Source: Candidatus Omnitrophota bacterium
GTDB taxonomy: Bacteria > Omnitrophota > Gorgyraeia > Gygaellales > Profunditerraquicolaceae
NCBI GenBank assembly: GCA_041650835.1
Contig: JBAZKL010000003.1
Location: forward strand, 291,682-355,681
Direction: 5' to 3'
Length of the DNA: 64,000 nucleotides
Under the pieces are notes generated by a model that saw nothing but the letters and a program-made list of their open reading frames with translations, was not told where the DNA came from and searched no databases. The number at the start of each line of letters is the position of its first letter. The first letter of the stretch is position 1. Below, one piece after another: positions 8,807-17,187 of the stretch. Made by a program: the position numbers and the translations under genes.

Positions 8807-9288
8807 TGCGCAAATACCTTATTTTTTATTTTTTTATTCTTTCTTTCGCTTTTTTATCCTTACCCTCGACGGCTTACGCCGCGCCTTTATCAAGCGACGA
8901 ATTGATCTCCAATGCCAAAGGCTATGACGGTGAGCCTGTGAGTTTTGCGGGGGAAGTTATTGGTGATATAATGTTCAGAGGTGCTCACGCCTGGGTCAAT
9001 ATCAACGACGGTGAGAGCGCGATCGGCGTCTGGATGCCGGGAGAACTTGCGAAAAAGGTCCGGTTTACCGGCAGCTATAAATTCATAGGGGACTGGGTCG
9101 AGATAACCGGCGTTTTCCATCGCGCCTGCCCGGAGCATGGGGGAGACCTGGATATCCACGCGCAGTCTATCGATAAAATAAGCACCGGCCGTCAAAAAAC
9201 CGAGAAATTCAATAATGAAAAAAAGAACCTGGCGCTCTTTTTGCTGGGTATATTGGGGTTAGTATGGATATTGAAGCTATTAAAATAA
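8806..9288 (+). CDS. Hypothetical secreted/membrane-anchored protein
   Basis: N-terminal signal peptide (FAFLSLPSTAYAAP) and C-terminal hydrophobic anchor; no recognisable domain. Confidence 0.4.
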   Translation: MRKYLIFYFFILSFAFLSLPSTAYAAPLSSDELISNAKGYDGEPVSFAGEVIGDIMFRGAHAWVNINDGESAIGVWMPGELAKKVRFTGSYKFIGDWVEITGVFHRACPEHGGDLDIHAQSIDKISTGRQKTEKFNNEKKNLALFLLGILGLVWILKLLK

Positions 9289-10295
9289 ATATAGACGCGG
9301 AAGTTCGCAGTATCGCGTCTCCTATGGGATTGGAAGAATTGCGGGTAAAATACCTGGGGAGAAAAGGCGTTCTTGCCGAACTTACCGGTTCTATCCCCAC
9401 GCTTCCTGTCGAGCGGCGCGCCGCTTTCGGCCAGAGCGTCAACGCCCTCAAGAATAAGATCGTGCTTTTAATTGAAGAAAAGAAAAAATTGTTGGCGGGC
9501 TCAGATGCCGGGGAGCCGTTAGCGTGCGTCGACATCGGGATGCCGGGGATCGTCCATGAACCGGGCCGCCTTCATCCGTTGACGCAGGTAACGCGGGAAA
9601 TTTGCGCGATTTTTACCCGGATGGGCTTTTCCATAATTGAAGGCCCTGAGGTAGAGACGGAGTTTAATAATTTTACCGGGCTTAATATTCCCCTGGAGCA
9701 TCCTTCACGCGAAGCCTTCGACACCTTTTACCTCAACTCCGATAACCGAAAACCGCAAGCCGAGAACCTTTTATTACGCAGCCATACCTCTCCTGTTCAG
9801 ATCCGGGTGATGAAGGAAGCGCGGCCTCCTTTAGCTGTTGTCGTCCCGGGGAGGGTTTATCGTCCGGACGCGGTTGACGCGTCGCATTCCTTCATGTTCA
9901 ACCAGATCGAAGGGTTTATCGTGGACAAAAATATCAGGTTTTCCGATCTGAAGGGAATATTGGAATTTTTCGCCAAACAAGTATTCGGACAGGATATCCT
10001 TATGCGCTTTCGGCCGCATTTTTTCCCTTTTACCGAACCTTCGGCGGAAGTCGATATTTCCTGCGTTATATGTAAAGCCAAAGGCTGTTCGGCCTGCGGC
10101 AGGAAGGGCTGGATAGAGATCCTGGGTTCGGGGATGATCCACCCCAATGTTTTCAAGCATGTCGGTTATGACCCCAAAAAGTATTCCGGATTTGCTTTCG
10201 GGATGGGGGTTGAAAGGATCGCCATGCTCAAATACGGGATCAATGATATCCGCCTGTTTTATGAAAATGACCTGCGTTTTCTTAAACAGTTTTAA
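9264..10295 (+). CDS. pheS: Phenylalanyl-tRNA synthetase alpha subunit
   Basis: Class II motifs including FNQIEGF and FRPHFFPFTEPSAEVD. Confidence 0.9.
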   Translation: MDIEAIKINIDAEVRSIASPMGLEELRVKYLGRKGVLAELTGSIPTLPVERRAAFGQSVNALKNKIVLLIEEKKKLLAGSDAGEPLACVDIGMPGIVHEPGRLHPLTQVTREICAIFTRMGFSIIEGPEVETEFNNFTGLNIPLEHPSREAFDTFYLNSDNRKPQAENLLLRSHTSPVQIRVMKEARPPLAVVVPGRVYRPDAVDASHSFMFNQIEGFIVDKNIRFSDLKGILEFFAKQVFGQDILMRFRPHFFPFTEPSAEVDISCVICKAKGCSACGRKGWIEILGSGMIHPNVFKHVGYDPKKYSGFAFGMGVERIAMLKYGINDIRLFYENDLRFLKQF

Positions 10296-10311
10296 ATACC
10301 TGGTATAAAAT

Positions 10312-12360
10312 ATGAAGCTTACCTATAATTGGTTAAAAGAGTTTGTCGATATAACGATATCCCCGCGGGAGTTGGCGGATAAGCTGACCATGGCCGGCTT
10401 AGAGGTGACGTCTTTGGAAGCGCGCGACGGTGATACCGTCATTGAAATAGAGATCACCTCTAATCGCCCCGATTGGTTGAGCGTCGCCGGTATCGCGCGG
10501 GAAGTGGCGGCGATTACAGGTAAAAAATTAAAGTTGTCGCAAGACACAAGACACAAGACACAAGAGCGAAGCAAGCTGTCGGCGAGTGGCGTGCCCCATT
10601 TTGATATTATAATTGAAGATAAAAAGGACTGCCCGCTCTATACGGCGCGGGTCATTACCGCAGTTACGGTTGAGCCGTCTCCTGAGTGGTTGCAGAGGCG
10701 ACTGGAGCTTATCGGCTGCCGCAGCGTCAATAATATCGTGGATATCACGAATTATATTTTATTTACCTGGGGAGAGCCGCTGCACGCGTTCGACCTTGAT
10801 ACCTTAAGCGGGGGATCTATTATTGTGCGCCGCGCAGAGGTGGGTGAGAAAATAACGATGATCAACGGACAGGAGAAACAGCTCGATCCGGGTATATTGG
10901 TGATCGCTGACCGGCAAAAGCCCGTCGCGGTGGCAGGGGTGATGGGTGGCAAAGATTCGGAAGTGGGAGAGAGAACAAAAAATATTCTTTTGGAAGCGGC
11001 GGTCTTCAATCCTGTTGTGGTCCGCCGCGGCCGTCAGGCTTTAGGGCTTCAGAGTGAGTCGGCCTATCGTTTTGAGCGGGGCGTTGACACAGAGAATGTC
11101 GACTTTTCATCGCAAAAAGCGCTTGCTTTGATAGGGGGATCGGCAGGCGGCAGCTGCGTGTTGGTGAAGCATTCGGGAATACAGCACGCCCCCGGCAGGC
11201 AGGTATCGTTGGAATTAGAGGCCCTTAACCGGCTCCTGGGGGTTGTTATTGAGCCGGCACAGGTAAAGCGTATTTTAATATCTTTAGGCTTTAAAGTTTC
11301 CGTTAAATCAAAAAATGTTTTCTCCGCGCAAGTCCCGTCTTTTCGCCAGGATGTTTGCCTCGACAGGGACCTGGTGGAGGAGGCCGCGCGTATCTTCGGC
11401 TATGATAATATTCCGGCGAGCCTGCCCGCGTTCATCGCGCAGGCGCGTTATACCAATTCATTGAGTGAGGCCGATCTCATAAAGGATTGTTTAACCAGCC
11501 TGGGGCTTTTTGAGGTGGTGACGCACAGCCTTGTTGATGACGCCTTCTTGCGTAAATCCTGTGTCAGCTCTGCCGATCCGGTAGCATTGCAAAATCCATT
11601 GAGTGAGGAGCAGGGAGTACTGCGCACGACGCTTATCCCGAGCTTACTGCGCTGCGCCGCCGGCAACCTTAATCAAAATCAGGAGCTGGTCAATATTTTT
11701 GAAGTGGCGCATGTGTTTTCACGCGTAGAGGGGGAGGTTTTAGAAAAGCCGGTGGTAAGCTTTGTTTTATGCGGAGAGAGGAATTTCTGGCTCACCGAGG
11801 GGCGCCTCCGGGATGAAATGGGCATGTTACACGTTAAGGGGATCATAGAAGCTGTTTTTTCGCAAGCGGGGATCCGCGATTACAGCTTTCGGGCGCAAGA
11901 GGGCTGTGCCGAGATCGAGGTGCTGGTAAAGCGTGAACCCGTCGGTAAGATGTACGCGCTGCGCAAGAATATACTTGAACAATTCCAGATCAAGAATAGG
12001 TCGCTTTTCGCCGCGGAGCTTTCTTTGGAAAAAATTTTCGCCGCGGCTGATCTTAAAAAGAAATTCAAGGCCATGCCGGCGTATCCCGCGATATCCCGCG
12101 ACATAAGCCTGGTCATAAAAGCGGGAGTCCCGGTCGCTGATATTTTAAGCGCGATCAAAGAAAAAGCGGGAGCGCTCCTGCGGGAGGCGGCGGTCGTTGA
12201 TTGTTATCAGGGCAAGCAGATACCCGTCGGATTTAAAGGATTGACTATTTCCTGCCTTTATCGCTCTGATGAGGGGACGCTGGTTGAATCTCAAATAGCC
12301 CCGCTGCACGCTGGGGCGTCTGAAGTTTTACGCGAACGATTCGCTGCTGTGTTGAGGTGA
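10312..12360 (+). CDS. pheT: Phenylalanyl-tRNA synthetase beta subunit (short, 682 aa)
   Basis: MKLTYNWLKEFVD N-terminus and B3/4, B5 and FDX-ACB-like regions. Contains a CAAGACA x3 tandem repeat encoding SQDTRHKTQ near 10541-10563. Confidence 0.85.
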   Translation: MKLTYNWLKEFVDITISPRELADKLTMAGLEVTSLEARDGDTVIEIEITSNRPDWLSVAGIAREVAAITGKKLKLSQDTRHKTQERSKLSASGVPHFDIIIEDKKDCPLYTARVITAVTVEPSPEWLQRRLELIGCRSVNNIVDITNYILFTWGEPLHAFDLDTLSGGSIIVRRAEVGEKITMINGQEKQLDPGILVIADRQKPVAVAGVMGGKDSEVGERTKNILLEAAVFNPVVVRRGRQALGLQSESAYRFERGVDTENVDFSSQKALALIGGSAGGSCVLVKHSGIQHAPGRQVSLELEALNRLLGVVIEPAQVKRILISLGFKVSVKSKNVFSAQVPSFRQDVCLDRDLVEEAARIFGYDNIPASLPAFIAQARYTNSLSEADLIKDCLTSLGLFEVVTHSLVDDAFLRKSCVSSADPVALQNPLSEEQGVLRTTLIPSLLRCAAGNLNQNQELVNIFEVAHVFSRVEGEVLEKPVVSFVLCGERNFWLTEGRLRDEMGMLHVKGIIEAVFSQAGIRDYSFRAQEGCAEIEVLVKREPVGKMYALRKNILEQFQIKNRSLFAAELSLEKIFAAADLKKKFKAMPAYPAISRDISLVIKAGVPVADILSAIKEKAGALLREAAVVDCYQGKQIPVGFKGLTISCLYRSDEGTLVESQIAPLHAGASEVLRERFAAVLR

Positions 12361-12524
12361 TACTCGGTGCTCGGTGGTCGGTTATTGGTTGTCGGTTAAA
12401 GTCACCGATCACCTATAACCGAGTCACCGATAACCGGGCTACTCTTCCCTGTCATGCCCGCCCCGTTAAAAACTGCGTTTCTAACGGGGCCCGCGAAAGC
12501 GGGCATCTATGTTTTAGAATTCCC

Positions 12525-12553
12525 TTGACTATTTCTCCTCGCTGTGGTATAGT
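12525..12553 (+). promoter_or_regulatory. Near-consensus sigma70 promoter (TTGACT-17 bp-TATAGT)
   Basis: TTGACT at 12525-12530, a 17-bp spacer, TATAGT at 12548-12553; no protein-coding ORF follows within about 700 bp. Confidence 0.5.
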
Positions 12554-12559
12554 ATAGTC

Positions 12560-12747
12560 AATAAAGGAATTAAGAAAATATCCCTGCGGTGTGCGTTGGA
12601 TAATTTGATGATTGGTGAACCAACACCTTATTACAGGGAGCCAAAACTCTCTTATCGCTTTGGCGTTTAAGAGGCGGTTCCCACCTGTAACCAAAACGGT
12701 TCACACCCATCATGTCTAACGGCACGGTGGGGTTTTTTTTTGCGCCA
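12560..12747 (+). ncRNA. Candidate small non-coding RNA (unassigned family)
   Basis: Promoter just upstream and nested complementary segments (TCCCTG...CAGGGAG; GGTGTGCGTTGG...CCAACACC). 3' end is a stem UCCCACC...GGUGGGG followed by U9. Length about 180 nt, the 6S-RNA size range, but no family-specific motif recognised. Confidence 0.3.
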
Positions 12748-13266
12748 GAAAGGCGCATACCCGCGCCATTCCGCCGCAGCAAGCGGCGTACCCGCGCAAC
12801 TCCGATCAACGCGGGGTGCGCAGGCAGCAAGCGGCGTACCCAGCCATTCCAATGAGGCTGGATGCGATCTGCGCTGGGTGTAAATCAGAAGGTCTGTTTT
12901 AATCAGGGATTAATCTAATTGAAACATCAGCGGTTATAGATTGGGTTATGCCCGCTTCTCTTATTTAACAATGCCTTCGTTATCTTTCATATCCTTAATT
13001 AACGATATCCACACATTGCCCCTGTTTCTCTTAGTTACTTCCCCAGCGTCATTCCCGTTCTCTTGCATAGCTCTAACGGGGCCCGCTTAGAGCCGAGTAA
13101 ACACGCGGGCATGACAAGAGGGCTGTCGATATTTTCCCTTGTTACAACATCTAAAGCATGATAAAATTTATAGTTAAGAATGAGTATAATTTCATCCCTC
13201 GCTGCCGGCAGTAAAAGCAGGGCAGTTCGGGATAAGGTTTTCTATGCGTAAAAGAGAGAAAATTTT

Positions 13267-13917
13267 ATGATCGTTACTCAACAAAAAACAATTACAGAGA
13301 TCACCGACAGCCTCAAGGGCTGTAAGAAAATATTTCTTGTGGGTTGCGGAGAATGCGCTACTACGTGTAAGACTGGCGGTAAGCATGAAATTGAGCAGAT
13401 GCAAAAGCAGTTGGAATCAGCCGGCTTCTCTGTCGTCGGAAGTTGCATTCCCGACGCTCCCTGTGTTGCCGCGCAGATAAAGACGGAATTTGCCAAACAG
13501 ATGAAAGCTTTGCGGGAAGCCGAGGCGGTTGTTGTCCTCTCCTGTGGTTTAGGCGTGCAGTCTGCCAAAGATAACGACCGTTTGGGTTTGACGGTTGTGC
13601 CTGCCTGTAATAGTTTATTCGGCGCCGTAGTTGACGCTCAAGGGGCTTTTGTTGAAAAATGCTCTTTATGCGGCGCTTGTGTTTTACAGGATACGGGGGG
13701 TATCTGCCCGGTCACCTTATGCGCGAAAGGCTTGTTGAACGGCCCCTGCGGCGGCGCGGATAAGGGTAAATGCGAAGCGGATAAAGAAAAAGACTGCGCC
13801 TGGATATTGATCTACCGCGAGCTTGAGAAAAAGAACCGCGTGGAGAAGTTGAAGAAAATTCAGCCTCCGCAAGATCATAAAAAAACAGGAAAACCGCGTA
13901 AAATAAGCGTTCAATGA
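13267..13917 (+). CDS. Cys-rich protein with MTHFR C-terminal-like domain (NGPCGG motif)
   Basis: GCGECATTC and CSLCGACV...GICPVTLCAKGLLNGPCGG motifs resemble the zinc-ribbon-like MTHFR_C/MetV family; adjacent to a folate enzyme. Confidence 0.45.
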   Translation: MIVTQQKTITEITDSLKGCKKIFLVGCGECATTCKTGGKHEIEQMQKQLESAGFSVVGSCIPDAPCVAAQIKTEFAKQMKALREAEAVVVLSCGLGVQSAKDNDRLGLTVVPACNSLFGAVVDAQGAFVEKCSLCGACVLQDTGGICPVTLCAKGLLNGPCGGADKGKCEADKEKDCAWILIYRELEKKNRVEKLKKIQPPQDHKKTGKPRKISVQ

Positions 13918-14504
13918 AAAATAAGCCGGAAATTATAAAAGAGCATAGGGCACTTAAAGATGTAGCATTGACAAAACAGCTAATTCGTAATAAAATTTTA
14001 ATTAAGCTAAAAAGACAGAAGGAGGAAGACCGCGTTATAAAGAGCCGGAAAATAAAAGAAAAACTTTTTAGTGAAAAAGCGTTCAAGAAAGCAAAGATAG
14101 TAATGTTTTATATATCAGTGGTTGGCGAGGTGGATACAACGGAGATGATAAAAGAAGCGCAAATTTTAGGTAAAATGATCCTGGTACCTGTTTGTTGGGA
14201 TAAAACTATAGTAGCCTGTTTGTTGGATAATAAGGCAAAACTCCAAAAAGGCCCGTATGGTATATGGGAACCTGTGGTTAAGAAGCCTTTTCCTGGAGAA
14301 AATATAAGCCTTGTCATTGTGCCGGGGCTGGCGTTTAATAAAAAAGGCAATCGATTAGGCCGCGGCAAGGGCTATTATGACCGCTTCTTGAGTAATATTC
14401 CTTCGAAAGTAACCTCTATTGGCTTGGCATTTGATTTTCAAATCCTGCCACGTATCCCTTCTACTCCCACTGACGTAAGCGTTGATAAAGTCGTTTGTGC
14501 TTAA
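13914..14504 (+). CDS. 5-formyltetrahydrofolate cyclo-ligase
   Basis: About 196 aa with the diagnostic G-x-G-x-GYYDR motif (RLGRGKGYYDRFL). Confidence 0.7.
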   Translation: MKNKPEIIKEHRALKDVALTKQLIRNKILIKLKRQKEEDRVIKSRKIKEKLFSEKAFKKAKIVMFYISVVGEVDTTEMIKEAQILGKMILVPVCWDKTIVACLLDNKAKLQKGPYGIWEPVVKKPFPGENISLVIVPGLAFNKKGNRLGRGKGYYDRFLSNIPSKVTSIGLAFDFQILPRIPSTPTDVSVDKVVCA

Positions 14505-14693
14505 GATCAACGGACGTACCCGGGTAAACGAGCAAGCAGAAACAACAATTGCAATCTCACGGTAAACTAAAACTGCAACGGTAATGCCATGGCGTTAAAA
14601 CGCAAGAATATCATGAAAATGGCATTAGTTGTGAGCTATTGGTGTTAATGAAGCGCTGTTTAACGCGATAGCTTGAAGGAGGTTGAGTAATCG

Positions 14694-16250
14694 ATGTTGA
14701 TGAATATAGTGCTTTTTATTGTTATTGCCGCAGTAGCGGCGTTTGTGGGGTATTTTTTAAGACGGTATGTTGCTGAAAAAAAGATCCAGGATGCCGAGAC
14801 CACCGTAAAACATATCCTGGAGCAGGGTAAAAAAGAAGTGGAAGACCGCCGCCGCGGCGCGGAGTTGGAAGCAAAGGACCTCTTGTACCGGATGAGGCAG
14901 GACTTCGAGAAAGAGACCAAAGACAGGCGGCAGGAAATATTTAATTTAGAGAAACGGCTTACCCAGAAAGAGGAGAATATCGACCGCAGGCTCGACCTTT
15001 TGGAAAAGAAAGAAAAAGAGATCGAGCAGCGCCAGGAAGGCGTGAAGCGGCAGGAAGAAGGCGTTAAGGCAAAGGACAACCAGCTGCATCAACTCATCGC
15101 GGAAGAGAAGGAGCGGCTGCAAAAGATCTCTTCGCTTTCCATCGAGGAAGCGCGGCAGATCCTGCTTTCCCGTTTAAGCGATGAATTAAATTCCGAGAAA
15201 GCGGTCTTGATAAAGCGGCAGGAAGAAGAGCTGCGCAGCAGCGCCGATAAAAAAGCCAAAGAGATCATCAGCCTTTCCATCCAGCGCTGCGCGGCGGATC
15301 ACGCGGTTGAGTCGACCGTAAGCGTTGTCACGCTTCCCAGCGATGAAATGAAAGGCCGGGTTATCGGGCGTGAAGGCCGTAATATCCGCGCTTTTGAAAT
15401 GGCGACGGGCGTCGATGTTATTATCGATGATACCCCTGAAGCGGTAACGCTCTCCTGCTTTGATACGGTACGCAGGGAAGTCGCGCGCTTGAGCCTGGAG
15501 AAGCTGATCAATGACGGAAGGATACACCCGGGGAGGATCGAAGAAGTCGTCGAGAAAACAAAGCAGGAGATGGATGAGAAGATCCGCGAGGAGGGCGAAC
15601 GCGCCGCGTTCGATGCCGGAGTCGACGGGCTGCATGTTGAAATAATCAAGCTGTTGGGCCGTTTGAAATACCGGACCAGCTTTGGCCAGAATGCCCTGCA
15701 GCATTCCAAGGAAGTATCTTTTCTTATCGGGGTCATGGCCTCGGAATTAGGGTTGGATTTTAAGTTGGCAAAGCGTATCGGCTTGCTGCATGATATCGGC
15801 AAGGCCGTTGACCATCAGGTTGAAGGCACGCACGCCAAGCTCGGCGCCGACCTGGCTAAGAAATTTAACGAGTCTTTTGAAGTCATACACGCTATTGAGG
15901 CGCATCACGAAGAAACTGAAGCGAAAAGTTTTTACGCTGTTTTAGCGGTCGCGGCTGATGCTATCAGCGCGGCCCGTCCCGGCGCCCGCAGAGAGACGCT
16001 TGAGACATACATTAAGCGGCTGGAGAAGCTTGAGTCCATCGCGAATGTCTTTAAAGGCGTGGAAAAGTCTTTTGCCATACAGGCAGGCCGTGAGATCAGG
16101 GTTGTCGTGCAGCCGGAAAAGATCTCGGATAATGACGCGGTCAACCTTGCCAGAGAGATCCGCAAGAAGATCGAAGAGGGCATGGAATATCCCGGCCAGA
16201 TCAAGGTGACCGTGATCCGGGAAACCAGGGCTATCGAGTACGCGAAGTAA
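14694..16250 (+). CDS. rny: Ribonuclease Y
   Basis: N-terminal TM helix, long coiled coil, KH domain ([12 protein letters not shown]) and HD domain (LLHDIGK). Confidence 0.9.
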   Translation: MLMNIVLFIVIAAVAAFVGYFLRRYVAEKKIQDAETTVKHILEQGKKEVEDRRRGAELEAKDLLYRMRQDFEKETKDRRQEIFNLEKRLTQKEENIDRRLDLLEKKEKEIEQRQEGVKRQEEGVKAKDNQLHQLIAEEKERLQKISSLSIEEARQILLSRLSDELNSEKAVLIKRQEEELRSSADKKAKEIISLSIQRCAADHAVESTVSVVTLPSDEMKGRVIGREGRNIRAFEMATGVDVIIDDTPEAVTLSCFDTVRREVARLSLEKLINDGRIHPGRIEEVVEKTKQEMDEKIREEGERAAFDAGVDGLHVEIIKLLGRLKYRTSFGQNALQHSKEVSFLIGVMASELGLDFKLAKRIGLLHDIGKAVDHQVEGTHAKLGADLAKKFNESFEVIHAIEAHHEETEAKSFYAVLAVAADAISAARPGARRETLETYIKRLEKLESIANVFKGVEKSFAIQAGREIRVVVQPEKISDNDAVNLAREIRKKIEEGMEYPGQIKVTVIRETRAIEYAK

Positions 16251-16254
16251 TAAC

Positions 16255-16398
16255 AGGTTAAGTCTAAAGGTTAAAGTTTAAATAACAAAGGAAATTCAAA
16301 GGTCAAAGGGCCCTGCCTGCCGGCAGGTAATTTGAAATTTAACCTTAAATCTTTAACCTTGCTTTGTTATTTAGACTTTATACTTTAAAATTTAAGCA
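16255..16398. repeat. About 140-bp imperfect palindromic MITE-like intergenic element, copy 1
   Basis: TAAATAACAAAGGAAATTCAAAGGTCAAAGG...CCTTAAATCTTTAACCTTGCTTTGTTATTTAGACTTTATACTTTAAAAT with a central CCTGCCGGCAGG palindrome; related copies at about 20652-20762 and 27398-27650. Confidence 0.6.
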
Positions 16399-16401
16399 TA
16401 T

Positions 16402-17187
16402 ATGAATATACTCTTTATCGGCGATATCGTCGGAAGCCCCGGCAGGGCAGCGATCAAACAGCTGGTGCCCGTCCTTAAAAAGGAATACGCGCTTGATTTT
16501 GTGGTCGCTAACGCTGAAAACGCCGCCGGCGGCTCAGGAGTGAACGCCAGGGTAGCTGGTGAGCTTTTTGACGGCGGGGTTGACGTATTGACGACCGGCG
16601 ACCATATCTGGAAAAAGAAAGAAGTCTTTGAGATCATTCGGGAAGAACGGCGCATCGTGCGCCCGCTTAATTTCCCTCTGGGCGCTCCCGGTTATGGTTT
16701 TGGGATCTTTACCTTGAAGAACGGCGTAAAGCTCGGGGTGATCAATGTCCTGGGCAGGGTTTTTATGGAGCCGCTCGAATGCCCTTTCCGGACGACGCGT
16801 GAAGCAGTGGAGGAGATATCGAAAACAACGCGCAATATTATTGTCGATATCCACGCGGAGGCAACTTCGGAAAAAGTAGCGCTTGGGTGGTACCTTGACG
16901 GTAAGGTTTCGGCGGTCCTGGGGACCCATACGCATATCCAGACCGCGGATGAGAAGATATTGCCTCAAGGGACCGCGTACCTGACGGACGCGGGCATGAC
17001 GGGTCCGTATGACTCGGTCATCGGCAGAAGGGTCGAAGACGTCCTGGAAAAGTTCGTTACTTCGGTGCCGGTACGTTTCGAAGTCGCTGAAAATAATATC
17101 CAGCTTCACGGCGCGGTCATTGCGATCGACGATTCAACCGGCAAGGCGCAGTCGATCGTCAGAATACAAAAAAAGTTAAATGAATAA
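16402..17187 (+). CDS. ymdB: YmdB-like metallophosphoesterase (2',3'-cyclic-nucleotide phosphodiesterase family)
   Basis: MNILFIGDIVG...DFVVANAENAAGG calcineurin-like fold; sits directly downstream of rny as in the Bacillus rny-ymdB operon. Confidence 0.8.
   Translation: MNILFIGDIVGSPGRAAIKQLVPVLKKEYALDFVVANAENAAGGSGVNARVAGELFDGGVDVLTTGDHIWKKKEVFEIIREERRIVRPLNFPLGAPGYGFGIFTLKNGVKLGVINVLGRVFMEPLECPFRTTREAVEEISKTTRNIIVDIHAEATSEKVALGWYLDGKVSAVLGTHTHIQTADEKILPQGTAYLTDAGMTGPYDSVIGRRVEDVLEKFVTSVPVRFEVAENNIQLHGAVIAIDDSTGKAQSIVRIQKKLNE

Noticed and set aside
10541-10563. CAAGACA x3 tandem heptamer inside pheT
   Set aside because: In-frame, only three units, encodes a short hydrophilic linker; likely neutral slippage-prone microsatellite with no evident function.
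12748-12860. Two 18-bp GCAGCAAGCGGCGTACCC repeats; considered as a mini-CRISPR array
   Set aside because: Only two copies, unequal context, no cas genes. More likely part of a structured RNA or a local duplication.
12360-13266. Searched for RNase P, tmRNA and SRP RNA consensus blocks (GGAAAGTCCGG, GGTGCGGTAAGAGCGCACC, ACAGAANCCGGCTTA, tRNA-like CCACCA end, GGAAG/AGCAG domain IV)
   Set aside because: None of these conserved strings is present on either strand, so the structured region is left unassigned.
15186-15802. Two overlapping minus-strand ORFs (172 and 167 aa) inside rny
   Set aside because: Antisense to the RNase Y KH/HD region; both are explained by the codon bias of the sense gene.
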